Position numbers and translations under genes: made by a program
The notes under the pieces: generated by a model
What the model was told of the DNA's origin: nothing
Seen by the model: only the letters and a program-made list of their open reading frames with translations
The model's database searches: none
Origin: a virus
Strand: one strand, 5' to 3'
Virus record (IMG/VR): IMGVR_UViG_3300046804_000816
Span: 12,274 to 76,273 of that record
Length of the DNA stretch: 64,000 nt
Shown here: piece after piece, positions 53,600-64,000 of the stretch
How the letters are laid out: each line of letters opens with the position of its first letter
How positions within the stretch are numbered: position 1 is the stretch's first letter

Positions 53600-55404
53600 T
53601 GACCACACTCGTTACTCGCCACTTCAGAATTCATAACGCGATTCAGTTTTACGAATCTTTTTCCGAAGCTGCGCCTTCTCGCTATTATTATTTTATCGGG
53701 AAAAATTATCCGTATGCTAACGCGGTTCCGATTACAGGACAAGTTAAGCTGTCTAGCTCGTCGAACACAGTCGTCGGAACAGGAACAGTGTTCAATGCTG
53801 AACTTGCAGCTGGCGATATCGTACGAGTAACAGGGACTTCATACAATCTAAGAGTGCATTCTATTACAGGCGCACAAACTTTCGTTTCTGCTGTACGACC
53901 TTCAACAACTGTTACGACAGCGGCAAACGCATATATTCGTAAGAGTTTCAGCGAATCTAATCCGCCAAATCCTACTGATAATTATCAGGAAATCTATTTC
54001 GATATTTGGCGCAACATGATGTCTGCTAAAAGAATTCAGCCGTCTGACGTTTCTCATGTTATTGCGCGCTACAATTGGACCAACAACACTGTTTATACTG
54101 CATACACTGATACAAATGCTGTTTTAGAAAATCAGCAATTTTATGTGTTCACAACAGACAATCATGTTTATAAGTGCATCGACAATAATCGGGGTGCGGT
54201 TTCAACTGTTCAACCAAGCGGTGTTGTAACTAACGATATCATTTCTACAGCTGATGGATATCGTTGGAAATATATGTTCACTGTTACTTCTGGGCGCGCA
54301 CTGAAGTTCTTAACAAACGATTTCATTCCTGTACAGACGTTGACTTCAGACGACAGCACAGATCAATGGGATGTGCAGACTTCTGCTGCAAATGGCGCTA
54401 TTCATCACATTCGCATCGTAGCCAATGGAAGTGGTTATCTTAGCGTTTCTAACACATTCGCTTCTGTAAATGCAAATGGATTGCGCGTTAATCTTAAGCC
54501 AAGCTCGAGCGGCGTAGACGATATCTACAACGGATCTGGAATATTCATTTCTTCAGGAACCGGTGTCGGACAGTTGCGCAAGATCGTAAAGTATTATGGC
54601 GCAAATAATCTTGCTGTAGTTAATGGCGCGTTCACAACGCTCCCAACGACTGGCAGTAGATATATTGTATCTCCGCTTGTAACTATTCGTGGAGATAGCG
54701 GAAAAACAACAACTTCGCGCGCGACTGCATACGTATCAAATACTGCCGGTGGTCAAGTAAGAAAAATCACGATTGTAAGTCAGGGACGTTCGTATTCAAC
54801 CGCAAACGTAACAATCACTGCGAACTCATCTCATGGTTACGGTGCTGTTGCAGCGCCTGTCATTTCTCCTAGAAACGGTCACGGTTCTGATGCAGTCGAC
54901 GAGCTATATGGCGATCGAGTCATGATGAATGTACGCATTACCGGATCAGAATCTAACACATTTCCAACCAATAACGATTTCCGTTTAATTGGCGTTGTTA
55001 GAGATCCTCTGCTTGCTAACGGTTCTCCAGCTACGGCTTCAGTGATCGATCAATCGACAAGAATTACTGTTGCAGAAGTATCTGGCGATTTCTATGCGGA
55101 CGAAATAATTACTGGTGATGTAAGCGGCGCTAAAGCAAGATTAGTCTACTTCGCAAATACAAATGCAGCAAGAACTTCAGGTGTATTGAAAGTTGTTCGC
55201 GTAACAACAAACGGAGTGGGATCTAAGTTTGTTGCTGGCGAAATCGTTCGTGGCTCATCTTCAACAAGAACAGCCAACGTGCAATCTGTAACTGTTCCTG
55301 CTCTAAAACCGTTCTCTGGTTTAATCATATATACTGAAAACAGAACTCCTGTCACTAGAGCTGTCGATCAAACAGAAGACGTTAAGCTAGTAATCATTTT
55401 TTAA
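53599..55404 (+). CDS. gp8: Baseplate wedge gp8
   Basis: VYKCIDNN.G..STV.P, DGYRWKYMF, F.T.DFIPV, GHG.D...EL, QTEDVK..I.F. Confidence 0.88.
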   Translation: MTTLVTRHFRIHNAIQFYESFSEAAPSRYYYFIGKNYPYANAVPITGQVKLSSSSNTVVGTGTVFNAELAAGDIVRVTGTSYNLRVHSITGAQTFVSAVRPSTTVTTAANAYIRKSFSESNPPNPTDNYQEIYFDIWRNMMSAKRIQPSDVSHVIARYNWTNNTVYTAYTDTNAVLENQQFYVFTTDNHVYKCIDNNRGAVSTVQPSGVVTNDIISTADGYRWKYMFTVTSGRALKFLTNDFIPVQTLTSDDSTDQWDVQTSAANGAIHHIRIVANGSGYLSVSNTFASVNANGLRVNLKPSSSGVDDIYNGSGIFISSGTGVGQLRKIVKYYGANNLAVVNGAFTTLPTTGSRYIVSPLVTIRGDSGKTTTSRATAYVSNTAGGQVRKITIVSQGRSYSTANVTITANSSHGYGAVAAPVISPRNGHGSDAVDELYGDRVMMNVRITGSESNTFPTNNDFRLIGVVRDPLLANGSPATASVIDQSTRITVAEVSGDFYADEIITGDVSGAKARLVYFANTNAARTSGVLKVVRVTTNGVGSKFVAGEIVRGSSSTRTANVQSVTVPALKPFSGLIIYTENRTPVTRAVDQTEDVKLVIIF

Positions 55405-55416
55405 TTGGAAGGTATC

Positions 55417-58400
55417 ATGGCTTCAGAAGCTAACAACGTAACGCTCTCTACGAACTTCAACGTAGAACCTTATTACGACGACTTCGACGAGACGAAGAAT
55501 TTTCATAGAATTCTTTTCCGTCCAGGGTTGGCTGTACAAGCGCGTGAACTTACGCAAATGCAGACTATTCTGCAGAATCAGATTGATCGCTTTGCTTCAC
55601 ACATTTTCAAAGAAGGTTCTATTGTAACGGGACTTGATATTGATTATAACAATAGAGTTGATTACGTTAAGCTAAGAGATAAGACTTCTACAGGCGCTTC
55701 TATCAACGTATATTCTTTCCTGAATAAAACAGTCAAGGATTCCACAAACAATCTTAGAGCCCAAGTTATTAAGGTTGTTCCTGGTTCCGAATCTAATACG
55801 CCATATTTCAATACCCTGTACGTACAGTATCTTAGCGGTAACTCATCGACAGGCATTTCGCGTTACGCAAACAACTCAATACTTTCTGTTGTCGGTAATA
55901 CAGCTATCACTGCTAATACTATTACAACTGCACAAGGCGGCGCGACAGGATTTGGTTCTATCGTAATTATCGGAAGCGGTATTGTTTATGCTAAGGACCA
56001 CTTCATTAGAGTTCCTGAGCAATCAATTATCGTTTCTAGCTATGACAGTGCAGCTAACACAAGAGTTGGCTTTGACGTAGTAGAATCAATTGTTACAGAG
56101 CAGACAGATTCCACACTTCTTGATCCAGCTCAAGGCGCATACAATTATGCTGCTCCAGGCGCAGCTCGTCTGAAGCTCGTAGCAGATATCAAGAAAGTAA
56201 ATCTTTCCGCAACAGTTTCGAATACATTCGTAGAGCTGATCAACATCAAAGGCGGTGTTATACAGAATATTATCAGATCTACTCAGTATTCTGCAATTAG
56301 AGATTATCTGGCTACAAGAACATACGACGAGTCTGGAAACTATGTTGTTCGCGGCTTTAACACCAAGGTTAAAGAACATCTAAGAACTTCAGATAATCAG
56401 GGCGTATATACTTCTGGAAACTCAAGCTATCTTGTTGTAGAACTTGATGCTGGTAAGGGATATGTCAAGGGATACGACATAGAAAATATTGTAACAACAA
56501 GAACATCTATCGACAAAGCTACAGACTACGCTTCTGTTGAAAGCGCAAAAGCTCTGATTGACTATGGTAACTATATTGAAGTCGACAACGTTGTAGGAAA
56601 TTGGGATCTCAATTATCAGGGAACAGTTTCTCTGAGAGACACACAAGCCAACGCAGTAGTATCTACAAGCGGCGGCATTGGAAACTACTCTCTCACCAGT
56701 TTCCCAGGAACTTCAATTGGTACTGCGCGCGTGCGCGGATTTGAATACTCATCTGGAACGCCAGGTCTTCCTAGCGCAAGATACAAGATGTATCTAACAG
56801 ACATTACCATGAACTCTGGTAAGAGTTTTTCTGCTGTTCAGTCTATCGCATATAATGGTGGCACTGGATATGCAAACGGTAAAGCTGATATTGTAGCATC
56901 AAATGGTTTAAACGCAAATACTCAAGATGCTTCATTTGATCGTGCTGTATTTTCTCTGCCGGCAACTTCTATAAAGCGTTTGCGCGACTCTAGCGGCAAT
57001 ATCAATAATGATTTCTCTTTCTATAAGTCGTTTGATATTACATTCAACACAGCTGGCGTCGCTACAATCAATACTGGCGACAATAGCGAAACGTTCGACG
57101 GCACAGGCGTTCTGAGCGATGCAGCCACTCGCACAGACTTCTACATTGTTTCTCGCGCATCTGCTAACTCGTCAACTCTGACGGGAACAATCTCAGTCAC
57201 AAGCGGATCAAACACAGTTAGCGGCTCTGGAACTGCATTCTTAACGCAGATAAACCCTGGCGACATTATTCACGTTTCCAACAACGCGGATTATGTTGTA
57301 AGCGAAGTACCTAGCAATATTCAGCTGAAGATTCATAGAAATGCTACAGCTTCTAAGACCGGCGTTTCGTACTTCAAGAGATTCAAGCCAGGACAAGTTC
57401 TTGATCTTGGCGGCGTTGGACGCGATGGTACGAGAACGATCACGATCTCAGGAACTCCATCTACTGTAGCAACGATTGACATCAACGAGACTCTTGGTGC
57501 TTCGTTGGCTGCAACAGCAGTTGTTACACTCAATAAGATTGATGGACAAGAAGCAGCGAAAACTGTTGTAAGAAACAGACTTGTGCAGATTCGCACAGGA
57601 AATACGTCTACTCTTGGCGTAGGTTCTTATGCCGGTAACACGACAGGTCCATGGCCACTTGGTCTTTCCGACGGCTTTAAGCTGGTTTCTGTTCGTAAGA
57701 AGTCTGGTTCTAATTTCAGCTCTCTAACCGAGGGAACTGACGTTACGACCCACTTCACGCTCGACACTGGTATGCGTGATAACTATTATGATCATGCCCG
57801 ACTGGTGAAGAAGTCTACAAGCTCGCTTTCAATTGGCGCAACCGACAGACTTCTTGTAAAGCTAGATCACTTCACGCACAGCTATTCGACAGGTGTAGGA
57901 TACTTCTCTGTCGATTCGTATCCAGTTAACGATGCTACCGCTGATACAGATACTACAAAAATCTATACGTATGAGATTCCGATCTTTACTTCGCCAACCA
58001 CAGGAAAGTCATACGATCTTAGAAACTCTATCGATATCCGTCCAAGAGTTTCCGATACAGCTAACAGCGTAAGCGCCCTGTCGAATATTTCTATTAATCC
58101 GCTGACTTCTACATCGTTTGCTCAGCCAAGTGGCGGATTGCATTTCTCGCCACCAGCTCAAGACTTTACAACTGATCTGGAATACTATCTGAAGAGAAAC
58201 GACGTAGTCAGTATCACTAAGAACGGACTTCTAAACGTAACTAGAGGTGTTCCTTCTCTTAATCCTGTAACTCCTCAGTTCGTTGATGATTCTATGGCTC
58301 TTGCGACCATTGAATTGGCTGCATATCCCTCTCTACCAAGAGAAGAAGCTATCCGTGTAGGAAGACCAGATCTTGCTAACGTGATTAAGAGAATCAAGAA

Positions 58401-61400
58401 CGAGCGCTTTACGATGAAGGACATTAGTGTTCTTCGCGATCGTATTGATCGTCTTGAGTATCTAACATCACTGACTCTGCTCGAAAAGAACTCAAAGGAT
58501 CTTCTGATTCCTGACGAGTTTGGTAACGACAGATTTAAGAACGGTATTCTTGTTGATGGATTTACAGGACATAACATTGGTAACGTATTTGATTCAGATT
58601 ATAAGATCTCAATTGACGTAGCCAAAAAAGAAGCCCGTCCTCCATTCACGACTCACAACATTGAGCTGTTCTACGATTCTGCTTCAACGAGTGTTGTTCG
58701 CACTAACGTAACTCCGTCTGGTGTTTCTCGTGATCAAGTCGTTGCTATTTCTAACTCTGCGATTTCATTCACAGCAGGCGAAACAGTAACATCTGGCGCT
58801 TCTACAGCCACGTTGCGCTTTAAGGTTGACAATAAGTTGTATATTGAAAATGCAACTGGTAACTTTGCTGCTGCAGCAACTGTAACAGGTGGAACAAGTG
58901 GTTCTTCTGCTACGATCAGTTCTGTAACGAGAACGACTCCAGGCGATCTTGTAACACTTCCGTACACTCACAGAACTCTTGTTGAGCAACCATATGCTAC
59001 AACAACAAGAAACTGCGCAGGAACTTATTACAAGTGGGCTGGAACTCTCATTCTCACACCAGACAATGATTACTGGTGCGATACGCTTCTTAAGCCAGAT
59101 CTGAATATCAACGTAAACTCGAATCAAGATAACTGGGAAAACGTAACCAATCCATGGCAAACTGCATGGTCTGGATGGCAAACGACGTTTACCGGCGTTC
59201 CAGCTAACTCCGGAACAGTTATCAATGATGTCCAAATTGTTACGAAGGACAGAAGTCTTATTGGAGCTGTAGAATATCGCACGGCTACGCAGTTTGTTCC
59301 TCAGGGATTTGAAACACTAACTGAAAAGAAAGGTGAGTTTGTAACAGACACGAACATCCAACCTTTCATGCGCTCGCGTCAGATTAAGTGTAAGCTGATT
59401 GGTATGAAGGCTTCTACAAGACTTTATGCTTTCTTTGATGGAACAGCTGTTTCGGGCTATATCACACCACTCACAAAGAGCGAGTATGATTCTACAGCGC
59501 AAGCTCTTGTACCAGTTGCTGCTGAAGGTGGTGTTCTAACAACAGACGCAAACGGTAATGCGTATTGCTTGTTTAGAATTCCCAATGACGGAGTTCTAAG
59601 ATTTAAGACTGGTTCTAGAAAACTGCGATTCGTTGATAACTCAACTAATTCAACGACAGTAGGAACATTTACAACATCAGCCGAATCAGAGTATAACGCC
59701 GAAGGTTTGACTGCAGGTGTTGGTGAGTTCACAACTTCAACTAGAAGACAGATTACAACTTCTACTGGAATTGTTGAGCGCAGAACTTATGTGTTCCGCG
59801 AAGATCCAGAGCCACCGGATCCACCATCGGATCCACCATCACGTCCACCGGAGCCTGATTCTCCTCCACCGCCTGTAGTAGATCCACCGCCGGATTTACC
59901 GCCGCCAACGCAACCACCGGTGGAGTTTCCAGTGTTACAGCCTCCGCCGCCGGTGGAAGTTGTATGGCCGCCGCCGGTTATTCCGCCGCCGCCTATTATA
60001 TTACCGGAGCCTCCTCCTTCTGGTGGAAAATTCACCAGCGTTGCGTCTAATGAAAGCGATCCCATCGCACAAACATTTTTGATTGCTTCAAAGATTGTTT
60101 CTGGAGTTTCAACGAGTGGTGTGTATCTTTCTAAGCTAGATCTATTCTTCGCTACAAAGGACGACACGCTGCCTGTAATCGTTCAGATTCAGGAAGTAGA
60201 ATCTCTATCTGGTACGATTACGCCTAAGGTTGTTCCTTTTGGTCGTGTTGTTATTGCTTCTAGCGACGTTAACGTAAGTGATGACGGATCTAAGGCTACA
60301 CCAATATACTTCCCGTCTCCAGTTTATCTGGAATCTAGTAAGGAATATGCTGTTGTAGTAATTCCAGCCGGTATCAATCCAAACTACAGAGTGTTTACTG
60401 CTGTTCTTGGTGAGACTGATATTGTTACGGGTTCGAAGATCTCTGAACAACCAGCTTCTGGATTCTTGTTCACTTCAGCGAATCAGAGAAAGTGGGTACC
60501 AGTAGAAAACGAAGATTTGAAGTTCAAGGCTTACTACGCCAGCTTCGATCTCTCTGCATATGGCACTCTGGTTGTAAAGCCAGAAAAGCGCGACTACATG
60601 ACTGTAGCCAATCAGACTGGTGGCAACTTCTATAGAATGGGTGAAGTTGTTCACGGCGAAACTCTGATTGTTGGTGCGTTCTCAAACACCAAGTCTGTAA
60701 ATACTTCTGGACCAGTCACTTGCTACGCGCAAGGAATGACTTCAAACGCTCAGGGTATTATTACATCTTGGTCTTCTTCGAAGATTCGCGTGAAGAACTT
60801 GGGAGCCGCGAAGTTTAGAGGCGGAGAACGTGTTCGTATTCGTAATACGAATGGAACAACGGGTGTAATCATCGGAAATACGACTACAGCTATTTCCACA
60901 ACAACTCCTGTTGGTCGCGTTTCGTTCTACGATCCAATTACGTTCGCAAATACTAAGTTGCACGTTTCTAACGTGTCTTATATCAACAGCGGACCTGCTG
61001 CTACAAACAATAGAGTGTTTACTACGGATACATACATTCGTGGTCAGTCTAATGGATTCATCGCTCGTATCGTATCTCTTGATAGAGTTGCGATTGACAA
61101 CATGAATCTGTTCACTTCGATGATTATTCCATCTAACACAGCGATTATTGCTTCAGCGAAACTTGCTACAAGCAATTCTACTCGTGATAGCACGAACATC
61201 AAAGTGAATGTGAACGCAGACACTGAGTTTTCTTCGCCACGCTACATCCTTAGCCGAAGCGTAGAATCTAACACATCATTGTCTTCAGCGACAATGGCTT
61301 CAACAAGATCTGCAGAAATCACTTATCTACTTGATGGACGCAATAGACTCGCATCTCCTGCTATCGACTTGGCTAGAATTTCAGTTATCGGAACGAACAA

Positions 61401-61914
61401 TCTGATTAGTTCTAATGCTGAGATTGCAACTTCTGAAGATAACGTCGCGTTCGGAGGAAACTCTAAGACGCGCTATATCTCAAGAACTGTAACACTAGCC
61501 GACGGTCAGGATGCTGAAGATCTGCGAGTATATCTGACAGCATATAAGCCAGCTACAGCTGATGTTTATGTGTACTATAAGATTCTGCATCGTGAAGATA
61601 GCGACTCGTTTGATCAGGCTCGTTGGGTTCTCATGGAACGCGACATTGAACAAGGAAGCATTTCGACGACTCGTTATTCGAGCTCTGAGAACAAGGAAGA
61701 CTTCTTTGAGATGACGTTCAAGATTCCAGATTATGCCAACGCTCCTCGTTCTGGTGCTAACACGACAAACTCGGGAGTCGTAGAGTATCGCAACTCTAAG
61801 AGAGCTCGTTTTGTTGGCTATAAGTACTTCGCTATCAAGATTGTGATGACCAACACTAACTCTTCGAATCCTCCAAGAGTTAGAGAACTGAGAGCGATTG
61901 CGTTGCAGAAATGA
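55417..61914 (+). CDS. Large virion structural protein (DUF4815/VrlC-like)
   Basis: NV.PYYDDFD..KNF.RILFRPG.AVQARELTQ.Q.ILQNQI, RT.DESG.Y, RFKNG..VD.F, DPIAQTF, P.V..LRAIAL. Confidence 0.85.
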   Translation: MASEANNVTLSTNFNVEPYYDDFDETKNFHRILFRPGLAVQARELTQMQTILQNQIDRFASHIFKEGSIVTGLDIDYNNRVDYVKLRDKTSTGASINVYSFLNKTVKDSTNNLRAQVIKVVPGSESNTPYFNTLYVQYLSGNSSTGISRYANNSILSVVGNTAITANTITTAQGGATGFGSIVIIGSGIVYAKDHFIRVPEQSIIVSSYDSAANTRVGFDVVESIVTEQTDSTLLDPAQGAYNYAAPGAARLKLVADIKKVNLSATVSNTFVELINIKGGVIQNIIRSTQYSAIRDYLATRTYDESGNYVVRGFNTKVKEHLRTSDNQGVYTSGNSSYLVVELDAGKGYVKGYDIENIVTTRTSIDKATDYASVESAKALIDYGNYIEVDNVVGNWDLNYQGTVSLRDTQANAVVSTSGGIGNYSLTSFPGTSIGTARVRGFEYSSGTPGLPSARYKMYLTDITMNSGKSFSAVQSIAYNGGTGYANGKADIVASNGLNANTQDASFDRAVFSLPATSIKRLRDSSGNINNDFSFYKSFDITFNTAGVATINTGDNSETFDGTGVLSDAATRTDFYIVSRASANSSTLTGTISVTSGSNTVSGSGTAFLTQINPGDIIHVSNNADYVVSEVPSNIQLKIHRNATASKTGVSYFKRFKPGQVLDLGGVGRDGTRTITISGTPSTVATIDINETLGASLAATAVVTLNKIDGQEAAKTVVRNRLVQIRTGNTSTLGVGSYAGNTTGPWPLGLSDGFKLVSVRKKSGSNFSSLTEGTDVTTHFTLDTGMRDNYYDHARLVKKSTSSLSIGATDRLLVKLDHFTHSYSTGVGYFSVDSYPVNDATADTDTTKIYTYEIPIFTSPTTGKSYDLRNSIDIRPRVSDTANSVSALSNISINPLTSTSFAQPSGGLHFSPPAQDFTTDLEYYLKRNDVVSITKNGLLNVTRGVPSLNPVTPQFVDDSMALATIELAAYPSLPREEAIRVGRPDLANVIKRIKNERFTMKDISVLRDRIDRLEYLTSLTLLEKNSKDLLIPDEFGNDRFKNGILVDGFTGHNIGNVFDSDYKISIDVAKKEARPPFTTHNIELFYDSASTSVVRTNVTPSGVSRDQVVAISNSAISFTAGETVTSGASTATLRFKVDNKLYIENATGNFAAAATVTGGTSGSSATISSVTRTTPGDLVTLPYTHRTLVEQPYATTTRNCAGTYYKWAGTLILTPDNDYWCDTLLKPDLNINVNSNQDNWENVTNPWQTAWSGWQTTFTGVPANSGTVINDVQIVTKDRSLIGAVEYRTATQFVPQGFETLTEKKGEFVTDTNIQPFMRSRQIKCKLIGMKASTRLYAFFDGTAVSGYITPLTKSEYDSTAQALVPVAAEGGVLTTDANGNAYCLFRIPNDGVLRFKTGSRKLRFVDNSTNSTTVGTFTTSAESEYNAEGLTAGVGEFTTSTRRQITTSTGIVERRTYVFREDPEPPDPPSDPPSRPPEPDSPPPPVVDPPPDLPPPTQPPVEFPVLQPPPPVEVVWPPPVIPPPPIILPEPPPSGGKFTSVASNESDPIAQTFLIASKIVSGVSTSGVYLSKLDLFFATKDDTLPVIVQIQEVESLSGTITPKVVPFGRVVIASSDVNVSDDGSKATPIYFPSPVYLESSKEYAVVVIPAGINPNYRVFTAVLGETDIVTGSKISEQPASGFLFTSANQRKWVPVENEDLKFKAYYASFDLSAYGTLVVKPEKRDYMTVANQTGGNFYRMGEVVHGETLIVGAFSNTKSVNTSGPVTCYAQGMTSNAQGIITSWSSSKIRVKNLGAAKFRGGERVRIRNTNGTTGVIIGNTTTAISTTTPVGRVSFYDPITFANTKLHVSNVSYINSGPAATNNRVFTTDTYIRGQSNGFIARIVSLDRVAIDNMNLFTSMIIPSNTAIIASAKLATSNSTRDSTNIKVNVNADTEFSSPRYILSRSVESNTSLSSATMASTRSAEITYLLDGRNRLASPAIDLARISVIGTNNLISSNAEIATSEDNVAFGGNSKTRYISRTVTLADGQDAEDLRVYLTAYKPATADVYVYYKILHREDSDSFDQARWVLMERDIEQGSISTTRYSSSENKEDFFEMTFKIPDYANAPRSGANTTNSGVVEYRNSKRARFVGYKYFAIKIVMTNTNSSNPPRVRELRAIALQK
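59803..60020 (+). repeat. Poly-proline low-complexity insert
   Basis: DPEPPDPPSDPPSRPPEPDSPPPPVVDPPPDLPPP..., CCG-rich. Confidence 0.85.
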
Positions 61915-62135
61915 CAGAAAAAATATATGCAAAAGTGACCGATGCGCCTGGATATATTCGGGATCTACAAAATCAGGCGGTGCTGAACTCAGATTCAGCA
62001 TCGCTCCAGGCGTACAAAGCAAAAAGAGGGAAGCAAAAGGAGCTTCTCGGTTCTATCAATGATATAAATAACATGAAACAAGAAATCCAAGACATAAAAA
62101 TGCTCATGCAGCGTATTTTAGAGAAGATAGGATAA
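61911..62135 (+). CDS. Small coiled-coil structural/assembly protein
   Basis: RD....A.LN.D...Y; C-terminal heptads. Confidence 0.7.
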   Translation: MTEKIYAKVTDAPGYIRDLQNQAVLNSDSASLQAYKAKRGKQKELLGSINDINNMKQEIQDIKMLMQRILEKIG

Positions 62136-62138
62136 ATA

Positions 62139-62822
62139 ATGGCTAAGATAGCTAACGTAGCATTAACCAATACGTTTGATACGTGGCGCACACGATCAAA
62201 CCAGGCATTTGATCGTCTCAGTCAGTTTGCTATTAACAATTCTTCTCTGTATGCTAATACGCTGACTGCAAACGTCTCCTTTACATCTAAGGGTACTTCA
62301 ACCCTAGGTGATAGCACCAGCGATCTTACAACGATTTCTGGGCGCGCAACTGTAGGAACGAATCTTGCTGTTGCAGGTAACACCTCTACAAATAAACTGA
62401 TTGTTACTTCTCTGCTGACTTCTTCTGGCAATACAACCACAAATAAGCTGACAGTCAGCAGCGCGACTACAACTTCAAATCTTACGATTTCTGGAACTAC
62501 GACAGATAATTCTGATGCGTTAAATCAAACTCTGTCTGACGGTTCGACAATCAATTGGAACGTAGCTCTAGGTCGTGTTGCAACAGTCACTATTGCTGGA
62601 TCGCGCACAATGGCTGCACCAACGAATCTTAAAGTTGGTACTTATATTCTTAAGGTTGTTCAAGGCGGATCGGGCAGCTATAATTTGACATGGAATGGTT
62701 TGTTTAAGTGGACTGCTCAGACAGCGCCTACACTATCAACAGCTGTAGGAGCAGTTGACGTATTTTCGTTCTTCTCTGACGGCTCTAAGCTATATGGATC
62801 GTTCTTACCGGATGTAAGATAA
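62139..62822 (+). CDS. Short tail-fibre-like protein
   Basis: TFDTWR.R.N attachment motif; C-terminal QG.SG...TW...FKW....PTLST...VD domain. Confidence 0.7.
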   Translation: MAKIANVALTNTFDTWRTRSNQAFDRLSQFAINNSSLYANTLTANVSFTSKGTSTLGDSTSDLTTISGRATVGTNLAVAGNTSTNKLIVTSLLTSSGNTTTNKLTVSSATTTSNLTISGTTTDNSDALNQTLSDGSTINWNVALGRVATVTIAGSRTMAAPTNLKVGTYILKVVQGGSGSYNLTWNGLFKWTAQTAPTLSTAVGAVDVFSFFSDGSKLYGSFLPDVR

Positions 62823-64000
62823 ATGCTGTTAGGATTTGTAGCTAGACCAAGCAAAGTCGTCAAGATTAATGCGTCGGCGAACAACATCAATCTGTTCACG
62901 CAAGCGGGAAGTCCTCCTTATCCGCTAAATCTTATCGCTGTCATCAACGCTACAGTCGGATCTTCTAATGTTTCTACAGCCGCTCTAAGAACAGGTACAG
63001 GCTGGTCTCCAGGAACATATATTCACATCGATAACAATTCTACTATTTCTGGTAAGGCCGGAAATCCAGGTACTCCTGGAAATGCGGGATCTTCCGGAAC
63101 TCCAGGTAATCCTGGAACAGCGGGTAATCCTGGAACAGCAGGTGTGTCTGGAAACCCAGGAACGCCTGGAAACACGGGAACCACAGGTAATCCAGGAACA
63201 GCAGGTAATCCAGGCGCAGCTGGTAATCCAGGTAACACGGGCAATCCAGGTAACACAGGCGCAAACGGTAACCCAGGTAATCCAGGCAATACAGGATCTA
63301 CAGGTAATCCTGGAACAGCTGGTAATCCAGGAAACACTGGCGCTTCTGGTAATCCAGGAACTACTGGCGCTTCTGGTAATCCAGGACAAAATGGCGAATG
63401 GTATTGGGCTAACGTTCTTTCGAAACCGTCATCATGGTATGCGACTGCAGGAACACCCGGCAATCCAGGCGCAGCTGGTAATCCAGGTAATCCAGGTCTA
63501 CCAGGAAATCCAGGATCGCCAGGCAACAACGGTAATCCAGCAACAGCAGGATTGCCTGGATTCCCAGGATATCCAGGCAACAATGGTTCACCAGGAAATC
63601 CAGGAAATTCAGGTGGAACTGGTGGTCCAGGAAATAATGGAGGAACTGGTGGTCCTGGTGGTACAGGAGGTACTGGAAATAACGGAAATCCTGGTGCGAA
63701 CGGAAATACAGGTGGACAAGGTAATCAGGGAGGCCCTGGCGGACCTGGAAACAATGGTACTCCAGGAAATGCTGGTGGACCAGGCGGAACAGGTGGACCT
63801 GGAAATAACGGAACAGATGGTAATCCTGGAACGCCAGGTAATCCAGGAAATAGCGGATCTCCAGGAAACAATGGTAATCCTGGTGGAGCAGGTAATAACG
63901 GAACTAATGGTAACAGTGGCGGAACAGCATTCCTAGCTGATACTAACAGCGGTGTTATTCTTGTAATTGATAATGCCGGCGGAACTATTAGCGGTGGATC
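62823..64000 (+). CDS. Gly-X-Y repeat fibre/adhesin protein, runs off window end
   Basis: MLLGFVARPS...ISGKAG then (GNP/GTP/GTA)n, interrupted by EWYWANVLSKPSSWYA; no stop before 64000. Confidence 0.85.
   Translation, partial: MLLGFVARPSKVVKINASANNINLFTQAGSPPYPLNLIAVINATVGSSNVSTAALRTGTGWSPGTYIHIDNNSTISGKAGNPGTPGNAGSSGTPGNPGTAGNPGTAGVSGNPGTPGNTGTTGNPGTAGNPGAAGNPGNTGNPGNTGANGNPGNPGNTGSTGNPGTAGNPGNTGASGNPGTTGASGNPGQNGEWYWANVLSKPSSWYATAGTPGNPGAAGNPGNPGLPGNPGSPGNNGNPATAGLPGFPGYPGNNGSPGNPGNSGGTGGPGNNGGTGGPGGTGGTGNNGNPGANGNTGGQGNQGGPGGPGNNGTPGNAGGPGGTGGPGNNGTDGNPGTPGNPGNSGSPGNNGNPGGAGNNGTNGNSGGTAFLADTNSGVILVIDNAGGTISGG

Noticed and set aside
63023-63936. Alternative-frame and antisense ORFs over the Gly-X-Y tract
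   Set aside because: Artefacts of the 9-nt periodic repeat; the real CDS starts at 62823
55417-64000. Diversity-generating retroelement targeting tail genes
   Set aside because: No reverse transcriptase and no template/variable repeat pair seen in the window

Overview
A 64-kb segment of a large lytic T4-like (myovirus) phage, probably infecting an alphaproteobacterium (likely Hyphomicrobiales). Host evidence: a permuted two-piece tmRNA with tag ANDNAPSYALAA, an Omp25/RopB-type porin with the ADLP motif, and a CtrA-type box. 1-10 kb holds early genes and envelope proteins interleaved with 13 tRNA genes and several unexplained structured spacers. 10-34.4 kb holds replication, nucleotide-metabolism and accessory genes (RNase H, MazG, dNMP kinase, thyX, phoH, kdsA, gp33, gp59, gp32, tmRNA, one more tRNA). 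It includes a compact DNA-hypermodification cluster: TET/JBP dioxygenase, nucleotidyltransferase-kinase fusion, HAD phosphatase and TET/J-associated glycosyltransferase. 34.4-64 kb holds tail, baseplate and head-completion genes. Most notable: (i) the TET cluster with its own sugar-nucleotide pathway; (ii) three CDSs, one ArfA-like, whose stop codons lie inside tRNA genes, so RNase P processing would create non-stop mRNAs in a phage with its own tmRNA; (iii) a gp26/gp51 -1 slippery site; (iv) a perfect-consensus antisense sigma70 promoter in the baseplate operon; (v) TAGCT-motif islands downstream of early promoters; (vi) candidate novel ncRNAs. Family assignments come from motif recognition by eye, not database searches.
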